DNA of 63,692 nucleotides, the filler included, from Basidiobolus ranarum (Eukaryota): the NCBI GenBank assembly GCA_040143965.1. It is 13 parts of 13 records of this genome, joined end to end, with 100 filler letters (N's around TTAATTAATTAA, not from the genome) between each part and the next. Parts side by side here need not be neighbours in the genome. Positions count along the whole stretch, not along the records: positions 9,851 to 14,672 come from JASJQH010008694.1; positions 14,773 to 19,591 come from JASJQH010008695.1; positions 19,692 to 24,509 come from JASJQH010008696.1; 10 more parts are not named here. One strand, written 5' to 3'. The notes under the pieces were generated by a model, which saw nothing but the letters and a program-made list of their open reading frames with translations, was not told the origin of the DNA and made no database searches. Positions 12,787 through 24,609 of the stretch are shown here, piece after piece (position 1 is the stretch's first letter; every line of letters begins with the position of its first letter). Both the position numbers and the translations under genes were made by a program.

Positions 12787-14152
12787 CTATCCCAAGACAG
12801 AATAGCCAATGGCACCCATTAGGATACCAGTGGTCAAAGAAGATATGAAGTTGACCTAAATAGACAAAGATAAGTGACTGTGACTTGGGATGAGTGAATA
12901 ATTGGGATTTGCTTTCTACCTGGTGGTTATCCAAAATATCATAACCAGCAATGACTTTCAGTCCAGGTCTAACATGATTGACGATCTTGTGAGATTTTGA
13001 AAGATAAGTACGTTGAACTGTAGCGCCCAGGAAAGAATCGATCTGTGAAAATGTTGAGAAAACTCAATTTAGATTGAAAAGGCATCCTTGACATTTGCAC
13101 TCAACTTACCAAAGAGCCCACTAGACCACCAATGATTCCAACTCCAATTAAAATCCATGGAGTCTTACAACTATTATGTTGAATAGCTAATGTGATGGAA
13201 GCAACAATACCAATGGCTTTGCCACCCAGGAGTGAAGCCAAAATACCGATTGGGCTGATTCCTCCGTTAGTACCGGGAGGGACCTATAACCGCCACCATC
13301 TTACCGGTAAATTAATAGTTACTTACAATATAGTGAGCATGAAAATCATACCCTTTCAAAGTTAGTAATAAGGATAGGCCAGTCATTGTTGAGGACGCCA
13401 AGTTCACTAGCCCACTATTGATCAAACAAAACCTTACACATTAGCGCCGAAATGAGTACAATCTTTATACTGTATGCTATACCGTGTCTCCACAACAGCA
13501 AGCGTAGTGTCTGATATCAAAGTTCAAGGATATCAGCAAGGTATATAAGGTTCATGCATTCCAATGAATAAGAAAAAAGTTTACCCAATATACATCAACA
13601 AGATGAGCGTTTGCTCTAAGTTTCTACCAAAACAAAACTCTTCACCATCCTTTCCGAAGTAGTTAAATACAATAACAAGAAGGGCTCCAGTTAAAGCGTT
13701 TGAAAAAACTTGTGTAGCTGTTCTTTGTCCTCCTATATGCGACATTAATATACAGCATATATAATATTATGTTTACGATATCCACGTCAAAGACATTCAT
13801 TACCTTCTAGATAATCCTCTTCCAGTTGCTTTTTTAGCTCTGCTTTTAACTAAAAATTAAAAATAAAGTTTAATCCACCTGAACGCTTGATACAAAAAAT
13901 GTATTCGCAAAAGGAGGGCAAATACTAAAGAGTCTAACAGGAGAAATATACTTGGTCAATCATTACCTTGGTAAACCGAGAGGAAGATAGATAAAAAGTC
14001 AAAAGAATAACTCCAAAGACATACTCGTCACTGGAAAAAGTAATTAAGCCTATGAAAGTAGCAGCAAGCAACCCAGAATTGGACAGCGCTTTTTTCGCCA
14101 GGCCGTGCCAGATCATGATTGAGGTAAGTATTAGTGCAAATATTATACGCAT
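12787..14152 (-). CDS. TMEM19: Transmembrane protein 19 (DUF92), multi-exon
   Basis: KKALSNSG..FYLSSSRFTK, GGQRTATQVFSN, GDTWASELG, VPPGTNGGIS, DSFLGATVQ and LDNHQVNFISS across about 9 exons. Stop at 12787-12789. Confidence 0.9.
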
Positions 14153-14772
14153 GGCTTAAACCAAAGGTGAAAGGGATTATAAGTAAACAATTAGCTGATT
14201 CAAAGGGCTCAAAAAGAACTTTAGAAAGGGGACGCTAAGTAAAAAGTATCTTATGCAAAATCACGTGCCTTTCGTTGGAAGGAGTTTTATCATCTCTCAA
14301 GGAATTACCACGAAATGATGACTTCATGGATATTAGGCTAAATATGTTGGCGCATCTTTTTGAAATATAATAATTTAAAAAGAGCACAACAAAAACCCAG
14401 CCCTTCTCGCTCGACCCTTGGCTATTTCCCTCATCCATTCCCCAAAGATGAAGCTATTCATGGAGTGGATTTGTCATAGGTGACTCTAAAAGTTAGCAAG
14501 CAAAGCATGTTAAGAGTATATTATAGGGCCATGCTCCGTTCTGGTCGAAATATAACTACATAGGAGCCTCTCTAGTTCTCACTTGATCTGCTGCAACAGA
14601 GCAAGCTTTCAATCTGGATTAAAAATCCATAATTACAATTCGTATATGCACCGGTACCGCAATATGTGTGGTNNNNNNNNNNNNNNNNNNNNNNNNNNNN
14701 NNNNNNNNNNNNNNNNTTAATTAATTAANNNNNNNNNNNNNNNNNNNNNNNNNNNNNNNNNNNNNNNNNNNN

Positions 14773-14967
14773 ATAGTTCTCTGAGATTTTAGCCAATCAT
14801 TTGCAACTATTTTGTGAGATCTTGAAATTTCACTCCTGAAACTGAAAAAATTGATTAAAATCAAATCTAACTTGATGATTTTATGATGGTAAGTAAATAG
14901 TCAATCCCAAATGGATTAAAATTGTGACGGTTTTTGTACAATAACAATCCTCAAATTTCTGTTAGGG
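14773..14967 (-). repeat. Repeat family A end (CCCTAACAG), abutting a gypsy element
   Basis: Reverse complement of the 17126 and 39044 copies; ends ...TTTCTGTTAGGG. Confidence 0.75.
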
Positions 14968-17015
14968 AATTGGACATGGAAGATATTTGTGGAATGTGGT
15001 TCCAGGAGAGACACATGGAATACATTGAGGAATTTGTAATGGTCTCAGAGTTCAAGGCAGAAGGCCACTGAAATGATTTGTTTAATAATGTCAAAAGGCC
15101 CTTGTTGTTTATGAGCAAATTTATTACAATGTCTAGTGGTCTTGGTATTTTTAGAGATTAGCCATACATAATCTCATGGCTTGAGATCTGGGTATCAGCA
15201 AAGTTCTTGTATAAGGATTGCATTTGCTCTAACTTGGATATTAATAGTTTATGGATGTCCTTAAAGAAAGTGGCATGATCTGCAGCAGCAGGGCAAGGTA
15301 CACTTACAGGTGAGTGAATTGTGAAACAAGGATGGAATCCATAATTTTCAAAGAAAGGAGCTTGTTTTGTTGAGGTATTATAAGAGTTGCTGTAAGCAAA
15401 TTCAACAAGTGGCAAGTATAGTGTCCAATTGTCCTGATTAGAGTTAATAGTGCATTGCAAATATTGGTTCAAAATTTAGTTGACTATTCTTGTATGGCCA
15501 TTAGAATGGGGATGGAAGGCAGTGGAGAGATTTGCAGAGATATCTAAGGTTTGGAGAAGACTTCTCCTGAATTTGGAAGCAAACTAAGGTCCTGGGTCAG
15601 AGATGATAGTTTCAGGGAGTCCATGTAGGGAGAAGATATTTTGAATTACCAATTCTGCCATTTGTTTTGCATCAATTGATTTAATGTGGGCACAAAGTGG
15701 GCCATCTTTGTCAGACAGTCAGCAATTATCAGAATGGAATTGTATTTGACTGACAAGGGTAGTTCAGTGATGAAATCTAGGGATAAGGATTTCCACTGCT
15801 TATCAGGGATGGGAAGTGGCTGTAGGAGGCAATAGGGCTGATGTCTTGGAATCTTTGCTTGAGCACAAGTATCACTGGTAGAAACATAAATCTTGTCATA
15901 TGCAAACATTTTGGGCCACCAATTATCCCTGGATGACAACATATATGATTTGGCAGTACCAAAATGTCCTGCAAGTGGTGAGTCATGTCTTTCCTACATG
16001 ATTTTGAGTCCAGAAGTATGGTCTGGAATGTAAAGGTGCTTTGTTTAAAACAAGTGATGATTGATGATGGGGAATTGGTGGTACATGTTAAAGCTTGAAG
16101 GGCCTTTGGATGTATCTTGGGCTTTCTTGATTGATATTACCAATGGGTCTACTGATTGAAGCTTATGGACTTCTTCATGGAGTGTGCTTGAACTAGGCAG
16201 ACAAAGAGCAGTTATACTGATTTGAAGTTAGTGGGGCTTTAGTAGGGGAGTATTTTGTTGGTAAAAGGCCTCATCCCTTGCTTTAGGCTGCTACTATCCT
16301 ATATGTGATAAAGGGTCAGATGTTCCTTGCTGGCTACCTGCTCAATATGTAATCACACAATCAAAATTGGCACAAAACAATGCCCATCTTGATTGAAGGT
16401 GGTTGAGAACATTGGTGGTACTAAAGTACTGAAGATTCTGATGATCACAATAGACTGTTATTGTGTGATTTGCTCTATACAAGCATTGTCTCCATTGCTC
16501 AAATCCAGTAAAAATTGCTAACAGTCCTTTGTCATAGGTGTCACAGTTGAATTCTACTGCAGTGAACTTTCCTAAATTAATGGCAATAGGGTGCAGTGGG
16601 CAGTCATCACCATATTGTGATAGTACAGAACCTAGAGCAAAGTCAGATGCATAAGTCTTAACAATGAATGGCTGGTCTAGTTTGGGGTGTGCCAGCATTG
16701 GTACTGAGGTAAAAGCTTTCTTTAAAAGTACAATTGCTTCTTGACAAGTTACATTCCAGTCCAATAGGAGTCCTTTCTTGGTATGGTTTGTTGATGGGAC
16801 AGAAATTTTGGAGTAGTTCTTAAGAAACCAATGATATCCTTCATATTCTTGGGAGTATCCCTAGACACAACAGATTTAACCTTCTTGTAGTCCATGGAGA
16901 TGCCAGATGTGTTGATGTTATATCAAAGGAATTCTACTTGATCTTGGTCAAGTTCACAGTTCTCAAGTTTATCATAGAGACCGGAGGTGTTCAACTTTTG
17001 AAGGACTTGGGAAAC
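14968..17015 (-). mobile_element. Decayed Ty3/gypsy (Tf2/chromovirus-like) pol: RT C-terminus, RNase H, integrase
   Basis: KLENCELDQDQVEFL, FIVKTYASDFALGSVLSQ, CDHQNLQYF, LQPLPIPDKQWKSLSLDFITELP, LPLVEFAYSNS and VFHVSLLEP, with stops and frameshifts. Confidence 0.92.
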
Positions 17016-17125
17016 AGGAACTCCCAATAGAAATGTGCAGACTGTTATTGTAGGAAAAGTGTGAAATTCTTTCTCTGACAAAAATTTGTCAATATAAAGA
17101 TGGAAAAGTCTGACAGCATGGTTAC

Positions 17126-17470
17126 CCCTAACAGAAATTTGAGGATTGTAATTGTAGGAAAACCATCCCAATTTAACCCATTTAGGATTAATCTTTTACT
17201 TACCATCATAAAATTGTCAAGTTAGAATTGATTTTAATCAATTCTTTCTGTTTCAGGAGTGAAACTTCAAGATCATGCTAGATAGTTGCACATGAGTGGC
17301 TACAATCTCAGAGAAATATGGATTAACACATGTGCAAGAAACATAACTCAAATTTTACACATTTACCACTAGTACACTAATTTGTCACCTTTGACATCCC
17401 TGCTTTCTTTGATATATTCTCCTAACAAATTTTAAAGAGTTCTTCTTCCCCAAGGTTTAGCTCATATCTG
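17126..17470 (+). repeat. Repeat family A copy, preceded by a related older end at 17023 (CCCAATAGAAATGTG)
   Basis: Direct similarity to the 8267 and 39044 copies. Confidence 0.75.
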
Positions 17471-17651
17471 TTGAAAGTCTGGTGACTTGTGGTTCAAGCA
17501 GTAATTCCCAAACAGGAAAATATGGAGTATGGTGACCGCATCTGAACACAAAGTCTAAGACCAATCAGGTGCTTGTATAGCTGAAATGCCAAAGTACCTT
17601 ACATTGACAGACTAGGTTAAGGTTCCCTAGCAATATAGGCATAGCATACAA

Positions 17652-17724
17652 GGACTGGTAGCTCAGTGGCTAGAGCACCTTGCTAGAGTGAAGGAGGTCC
17701 CAGGTTCAAATCCTGGCCAGACCA
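17652..17724 (+). tRNA. tRNA-like sequence (probable pseudogene or SINE head); nominal anticodon AGA, short variable loop
   Basis: GGACTGG-TA-GCTC-AGTGGCTA-GAGC-A-CCTTG-CTAGAGT-GAAGG-AGGTC-CCAGG-TTCAAAT-CCTGG-CCAGACC-A. A and B boxes are intact. One mismatch each in the acceptor and anticodon stems. Confidence 0.75.
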
Positions 17725-18539
17725 ATATTTCTTGCTAAATAATTTTAACAATATCCAACATAAGTGTGTGTCAGTATCTCCATCTATGCCCACCATTGTA
17801 TTAACATAGCTGAATCAACATTCTTGCAGCTATCTGGTGGATACCCTCAATTTTGTGCCATTCTGTATGGAATTCTTCCCAGATATCTGCATAGTCAACA
17901 CCAGACTGAATGTCAAGATGAACATTCTTCTTCTGAAGCAACTTTGTGCATAATGAAATTGCATATTTCCCTTCATGCTTTTGAAAATACTCCTCAAGCA
18001 CTTTTACTACATTTCTACCTCCTAATAGTGTAACAATACTGGGGGTGCTTTGTGATGTTTGTGCAGCTTTTTGTTTGTGTGTAAATTTGGGCCTAATTTG
18101 AATGCTTTGAATAGAACAAGTTGAGGTTGGAGAGCTGTGAGTTTTACATGCTGGAGCTTTAGCTTGTTGCAAGGTGCCTGGTGTTGGATACACTTGCCAA
18201 TATAGCACTCTCCCAACTGGTATACCTGGATCCATGGTAAAATTAAGCTTTTGTGCTGTCATATCTGAATCTGGAATTACAGTTCTTTATAATAGTGTTT
18301 AAGCATTTGACAAGTAGCATAGTAGAGCCAAATCACACTGACTTCTTTGCTTTTGCTTGGGTTTACTAACTTGCTAATCCTTGAGTACTTCTTTAGCTGC
18401 TGTACTTTCTTTTTTGCATTGATGGAGGTGTATATTTTTGAGATGTTTTAGGAATAGGACTATACAAGCCCAATTGCCTTTTGCTGCCAAAATACCAGGA
18501 TAAGCCATATAAAATAAGTCATTAAACTTTGGTCATATG

Positions 18540-19591
18540 AATCATTAAAGCTGCTAATTACACTCCTGCTTCCAAATTCCAAGTCAATAAAAACAACTGC
18601 ACTTCTTGATTCAGGTGCTTCATCCTGTTTTATTGACTCTGCCCTTGTAAAGTCAAACTCTATCCCAACAATCAAGAAATCTAGTCCAGTCCTTGTAGAA
18701 GTAATTGATGGAAGGCTACTATCATCAGGTGCTGTGACACATGAGACAACCTTTATGACACTCATGTCCACTGCTCATCAAGAAGAAATAGCCTTTAATA
18801 TCATTTCTTCACCTCACCACCCAGTCATCCTTGGTATCTTGTGGCTCATGCAGCACAATCCAGTAATCAATTGGAAGAAGAAGATTATGACATTCAAGCA
18901 AACTCCACCTCCTAGTCCATATTTGCCAACCTGCAAAGTATCTAACTCATCACCAGCCCAACTCCTAAAAACATCTATGAAGCCAATATCTGCTGACATT
19001 ATTGCTGATGAGCAGAAACCAACAAAACCTATGGTTCATAAGCTCCCACCCAAATAACAAGCCTTTGCTGATGTCTTTTACAAGAAGAAATTAATATAAA
19101 CTCACCACCCATATGATTGCCCTATAGATCTACAGGAAGGAAAACAACCACCATTTGGGCCTATATATGGGCTGACCCAGCCAGAACTCAATATTCTGAA
19201 AGAGTACATTGGAGAAAATCTGGATATAGTGTTTATCCATAGTCCCCAGCAGGCTCTCCAATCTTATTTGTTAAGAGAATGGATGGATCCCTCCATCTTT
19301 GTGTTGATTAGCAAGGCCTAAATAGCATTGCAGTCAAAGATCAGTACCCCTTGCCATTAATCAACTCACTCTTGGATCAGCTTGCTTCCGCCAAGGTGCT
19401 TACAAAGATTGCTCTAAGAGGTTCTTACAATCTTGTAAGAATTAAACTAGGAGACCAATGGAAAACTGCCTTTTGAACTTGCTATAGACACTTTGAATAC
19501 AATGTCATGCCATTTGGACTTACCAATGCCCCTGCAGTCTTTCAACACATGATGAATGATATCTTCAGAGAGTATCTTGACCAATTTGTGG
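18540..19591 (+). mobile_element. Decayed Ty3/gypsy protease and RT N-terminus
   Basis: ALLDSGASSCFID, VILGILWL..HNPVINW, YDCPIDL..PPFGPIY, YPLPLI and [25 protein letters not shown]. Confidence 0.92.
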
Positions 19592-19691
19592 NNNNNNNNN
19601 NNNNNNNNNNNNNNNNNNNNNNNNNNNNNNNNNNNTTAATTAATTAANNNNNNNNNNNNNNNNNNNNNNNNNNNNNNNNNNNNNNNNNNNN

Positions 19692-19929
19692 GAAATATCA
19701 ATTAGATCACTTTTACCAATTTTCACTATTTTCTCAAAACTTCTCCAAATCACCTCAAATTTTCACCCATGCTTAACAGGCATGTTTGTTACAATCTAAG
19801 CACGTCCAATAGTCCTATTTTATAGTAAACTATAAATAGGACATATTCAATTCAATAAAACTTAAGTGTCTAATTCACAAGTCCAAATCTTGTCCAAAAC
19901 ACTTCCAAATCCCCTAAACACTTTTATCA
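19692..19929 (+). repeat. Family B LTR, 3' part (ends ...CTTTTATCA)
   Basis: Reverse complement of about 5026-5260. Confidence 0.85.
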
Positions 19930-19989
19930 ATTACTACTATTCAAATACAATTCTAAGCTCCATGCTTTTACCATCTAGAGCCTGGACAG

Positions 19990-21420
19990 ATTTCATCGTG
20001 CCCATTGATATTAATTCACCAAATGGTTAGTTCAACATGAAGCTTGGTGTTAGCCATAAGCCTAAGAATATATCGCCAAAGGAGATCAGCTGGAGCCAGA
20101 GCTTCCCATTAGGCACTATGCACTTACTATTCAATAACATTCCCATACCACTTACTCAGCTATAAAGTGGAAAATTCAATATGAATGAGCCATTTGAGAT
20201 AGTATCAAAGTTGGAAATCAATAGGGAAAAGGCTTGAAAACTTCAAGAAACCATTGTATTTTGCCAGGACTCCCATCAATATCCACTCATTCAGGTGTTT
20301 ATTCAAATGCAAAGACTGGATGCATTGGATTTTTATTTACTCAAGTGGAATCTTGAAAAGATTTTTGCCTGATAAGTATTGGCAAGATTGGGAGTTATTT
20401 GTGGATATTGTTAATATTTTCTTATGGCATTAACTCATATTAGCAAATCTCAGGCAGATGCAGCAACTGTGCAAAAAGTTTGTAATTTGGTATGGAGAAC
20501 TTTATTACAGGTTAGAAGAAGATAGACCGAATCCATGCTGGTTTTCAATACATTCACTGCTGCATCATTCACAATTTCTTAGAGATAATAGGCCCTTGCT
20601 GTAGATTCTGGGAGTTCACTAAACATTCTGGGTGCACTTTATGGAGCATACCTGTGGTAAAACAATGCTCTGTGTGCGGTATCAAATCATGTTTGAGGGT
20701 GACTTGCGATAGCGCTACTGTCTAAATTTACATATGCACCACCTGCACCGGTGATACCTGAATTTTCTGTGATCAAACTTACACTCGTACCCATTCCAAC
20801 ACTCCAGTCGTCCACCACCATGGCTATACTACACCTAGGATGTTTCCATCGCTTTATGCGGGTGCGTGGTCCAAATAGGCTTATTTCTCAACATCAAGTA
20901 TCAATGGCACCTTTGAATATTTCCAATACAAACATCATGCCAGGAAAGTTTGACATCATAAAGTAATTATTGTCTGAGCTGCTTATGGCACAGTATAGCC
21001 TATTTTATCCTGATCAATAGAAGCGGACGCCCAGCTTGGCTCTAACATCTCCTTTATGAATACTAGATTTGATGGATCGAAGCGGCTATGACTATTAAAT
21101 ACTAATGTGTTCCGTCAAGTAATATCTGAATCGATCAGTCACATAGACGCACACCTCCTCACTTGCACAGATTCATTCCATTTAGTATTGATGGCTTTAT
21201 GCTGCTGTTTGTGCTTATCACTTACGCTGCGCCCCTACTCTTCAACGAACATCCATGTTGAGACTGAGCAACTCCGAAGCCACTGGGTCCTTGTTATCCT
21301 TCAAATCCAAAGCCGTCCAAGAGTAGGACATACCAGATGTTTGTGAGTCAGGGTGGATTGCTTAATGAATGCCCATCTGTGTCCACAGGTTGTGTTGATT
21401 GTATCACGCTTGGGTTCCAA
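19990..21420 (+). mobile_element. Decayed CMC/EnSpm-type transposase, C-terminal part
   Basis: PLGTMHLLFNNI..L motif and SIHSLLHH. Homologous on the opposite strand to about 61500-62170. Confidence 0.6.
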
Positions 21421-21721
21421 GTTTCTATTAGTATACATAAAATGATGTATCAAACTCTATGGAATTAAAAAAATATACTGAAAAAAACAACAAATGAAAT
21501 GTACTTCTAATTAGATTTCTAGTGTGGACCATGACTACAATAAGGCTTCGTGTAGCTCACACAGCTTAATTTGGGAAATTTCCCTTCGCTATGATGATCC
21601 AATCAGTGATCATGCCATATCTCGTCACTTGCAAGTACAGGTATAAATTGGCATTCGGAGCCTTCACTACCTTCCACATCCATTCACTTTTTTCTCAATC
21701 GCCCCTCTCACCTTGTACTTA

Positions 21722-22420
21722 ATGTCGGACTATCAATCTTTGTTGGACTCTTTCCTCAATCATTTCGAACCTGATGGTGTAGAAATGAACAACGACACAG
21801 AGGATGTTTCATTGGCATGTTTCGTGGCAGAGATGGTTCTTCACCTCTGCCATGACATTCCCTTTGAATTTAATTTAGGGGGAAGCAATTTCACTCTTTA
21901 CTGTAGCAACATCCTTTCTATAATGAATATTTCACCTTCTGCTATATTAGTTGCTTTGGAGTATATTCAACGACTAAAAGCTAATTGTCCCTCCAAAGTC
22001 ACTGGCCCTGACGCTGAATATGTTATCCTTGTTGTTGCCCTTATGTTAGCTCACAAATTTCAAGATGATAACACATATTCCAATCAATCTTGGGCGGTTG
22101 TGTCCAAACTTCCCCTCGCACATATCAACTCAGTGGAAGTGGATTTCTTATCTTCTGTGGACTTCGATCTTTATGTTTCAGAGGCGGAGTATATTGAATG
22201 GTTGAACTACCTAGAGCAGTACCTCAATCAATATGAGTCGTTCACACTAGACGATAATCTCGTATATCAAGATATGGATATCGAAACTGACTATTTATGC
22301 GATTTCCCGGAGCTCTTTACTTCCGATCTAGAGTTATATCAATACACTCTGCCGGTCTCTTCGGATACAGACCTCATGAATGGAACTTACTATCCTCAGC
22401 CCGTTGGCATCTGTCGCTGA
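21722..22420 (+). CDS. PHO80/PCL-family cyclin, intronless
   Basis: SAILVALEYIQRLK..ILVVALMLAHKFQDDNTYSNQSW..HINSVEVDFL..DFDLYV cyclin box. First ATG at 21722; TATAAA at about 21642. Confidence 0.88.
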   Translation: MSDYQSLLDSFLNHFEPDGVEMNNDTEDVSLACFVAEMVLHLCHDIPFEFNLGGSNFTLYCSNILSIMNISPSAILVALEYIQRLKANCPSKVTGPDAEYVILVVALMLAHKFQDDNTYSNQSWAVVSKLPLAHINSVEVDFLSSVDFDLYVSEAEYIEWLNYLEQYLNQYESFTLDDNLVYQDMDIETDYLCDFPELFTSDLELYQYTLPVSSDTDLMNGTYYPQPVGICR

Positions 22421-22683
22421 ACTGGAATATATGCTACCGAAATACCCCTCCTGCACATGGGAAACCTTTTCTCGACTAGCTATGTAAATGAGCCCAAGTC
22501 TAGCTGATGGTGTACATTGCTGTTGTATGACTATCAACATTTTGTACTCACTATTAACGTGCTTGAGTAGAGTCCTCTACCACCAATCAAGCTGACGTCT
22601 GTACCATCTAAAGATCTGTTGTTGCACAATTTTTAGATTGCTTCGCCAATTCATTTTGGGCAATATAAAAAGAGAGTAACATC

Positions 22684-22725
22684 TATAAATATATATATAT
22701 GTGTATATATTTATATATATATATA
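22684..22725. repeat. Imperfect (TA)n microsatellite
   Basis: Visible TA run downstream of the cyclin gene. Confidence 0.8.
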
Positions 22726-24609
22726 CGTGTAATAACAATTAATATTTTCCACTATAAACTACTCATTCTCTTAAGGTCAACAATAAATACTTTACAATCT
22801 TGATATACCTTGTTTCGTTGCCATTAAGCTGGGTAACTAACTTGTATTTCTATAGGCCAAGTGTCAAACATTCTTTTAATTATGAGTCAAATGCTATTGA
22901 TTATTTTGACTATTATTAGCCTCCTTACATTAAGCACGAATTTGGATCAATCATCATCACCACCTGTGCAAGAAAGTAGATAGCTAATAAAATCCGCCTC
23001 TTCTTTCCCATCCTATATAAACAAATAAGCGCAGCCTAATCAATCTGCGAATATTGGTGGATGTTTCAATGACACTACGAATGTATAGCAATCATATCCG
23101 CCATTCGCCTCCCTATGCGATAGCACAAGGGATTCCCCGAATGAATTCACATTAAATCGTCATAATAGATTCTGCGAACGTCTTCACCCTGTGATCAGCG
23201 ACTCTAAGATCCATGGGGGAAAGGATTCATGCATTGAATGGAAATATGAAGGTAAATGTAAATGTAAATATGGATGTGGATGTGGATGCGAATGTGAGTG
23301 AAATATGAAAATCCATTCACTCCAAGTATTTGTAAACTCAACATTTCCTTTAATGCTGTAAGTTTTGCATTAGGACCATTGTTGTGACCCGAAAGATTCA
23401 AAACTAGCATTGTTTCAAGCAAAAGCAAGCACTAAGAGCGAATAATATACCAGTTATTGCTGCCATACTAGTCCATGGTTTCAGATGAAATATATTGATG
23501 TTTAATTTAAATGAATCCTCCTTTGCCTGTAGCACGTCTGGTCAATGATGCCATGTACTCTTCAAGCTATGCGACTTCGTTATGGGTCTTTCTTACAACT
23601 TATCTCATGCATGGCTGAGCTGCCACTAGATGAGGTGATAACTTGGGTTATATTACACGAATCCACGACTTTACATTTATAGGAGCATCTGGGGTTCACT
23701 TCGCATGCTTGGTATTCAATATATTGCTTTCGTTACATGTTCCCTGCTCCACGGTGGAAACATATTCACAGCATAGAGTATTTATGGTGATCGAAAGGCA
23801 TAGAATTTTTAACCGGTGTTTGTATTACCAATTTCCACCAAAAGAATCCACGAAATAACTCATTCCAAAGTAAAATGGATTAAAAATTATGGGCGTAAAT
23901 GAGCTAGAGTGTTGTGACTACTTAATATTTCAAATACACGTAGTCATATATATATATATCCATCCCGATTTCCAATCCCTCCCTCCATTAGTAAGACGAT
24001 CTTTATTGCACTGATTAATAGTCATTAGACAGCGAAAGACTCAAACGTTTTCTAGGTAATGCGCCTTCGATCACTATGGTGTAGAGTGGTTGGGGAGGAG
24101 AATCCAAGCTGAAACCTTCTTCAGCCTATCTTGGTGAGGGATGGTTAGCAGCAGACATGTCAAAGGTGCATGTAGTATCAGGTGCTATTTCAAGACCAGA
24201 TTTCAAATAACATCATAAACTCACCGAAAATTATTTTCTTGGAGCCAATAGATTGCCACCAAACACTAATCGCTTCAGATCAGCTGATTGGGTCGATCAT
24301 CGAGTTATCTAACTGAATTAGGAACTAGAAACCCAATGTGTCAGGTAGATAGAATAGTGAAATGGTTTTCTTCACTATGTTCACCGTCGTGGTGATTTTT
24401 GGCTAGTGGTAAGCGGCTTGCTTTAATTTTTATGAAACGTTAAAAAAAAAATAAAAAAAAGAATATGGTTGGCAATAAGCCAAAAAAAAAAAGTATTTAT
24501 TGATTGATANNNNNNNNNNNNNNNNNNNNNNNNNNNNNNNNNNNNNNNNNNNNTTAATTAATTAANNNNNNNNNNNNNNNNNNNNNNNNNNNNNNNNNNN
24601 NNNNNNNNN

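Noticed and set aside
17679-17692. CTA in the tRNA-like loop as an amber suppressor for the fzo1 TAG
   Set aside because: The stem register places CT at positions 32-33 and AGA at 34-36. The two loci are on unrelated contigs, and TAG is a normal stop elsewhere in the window.
14968-19591. The two gypsy pieces as one inverted element
   Set aside because: Opposite strands, with other insertions between them, and the plus piece runs off the contig. Independent nested copies explain it.
23204-23428. ORF with an HIHIHIYIY repeat
   Set aside because: Translation of a degenerate hexamer microsatellite.
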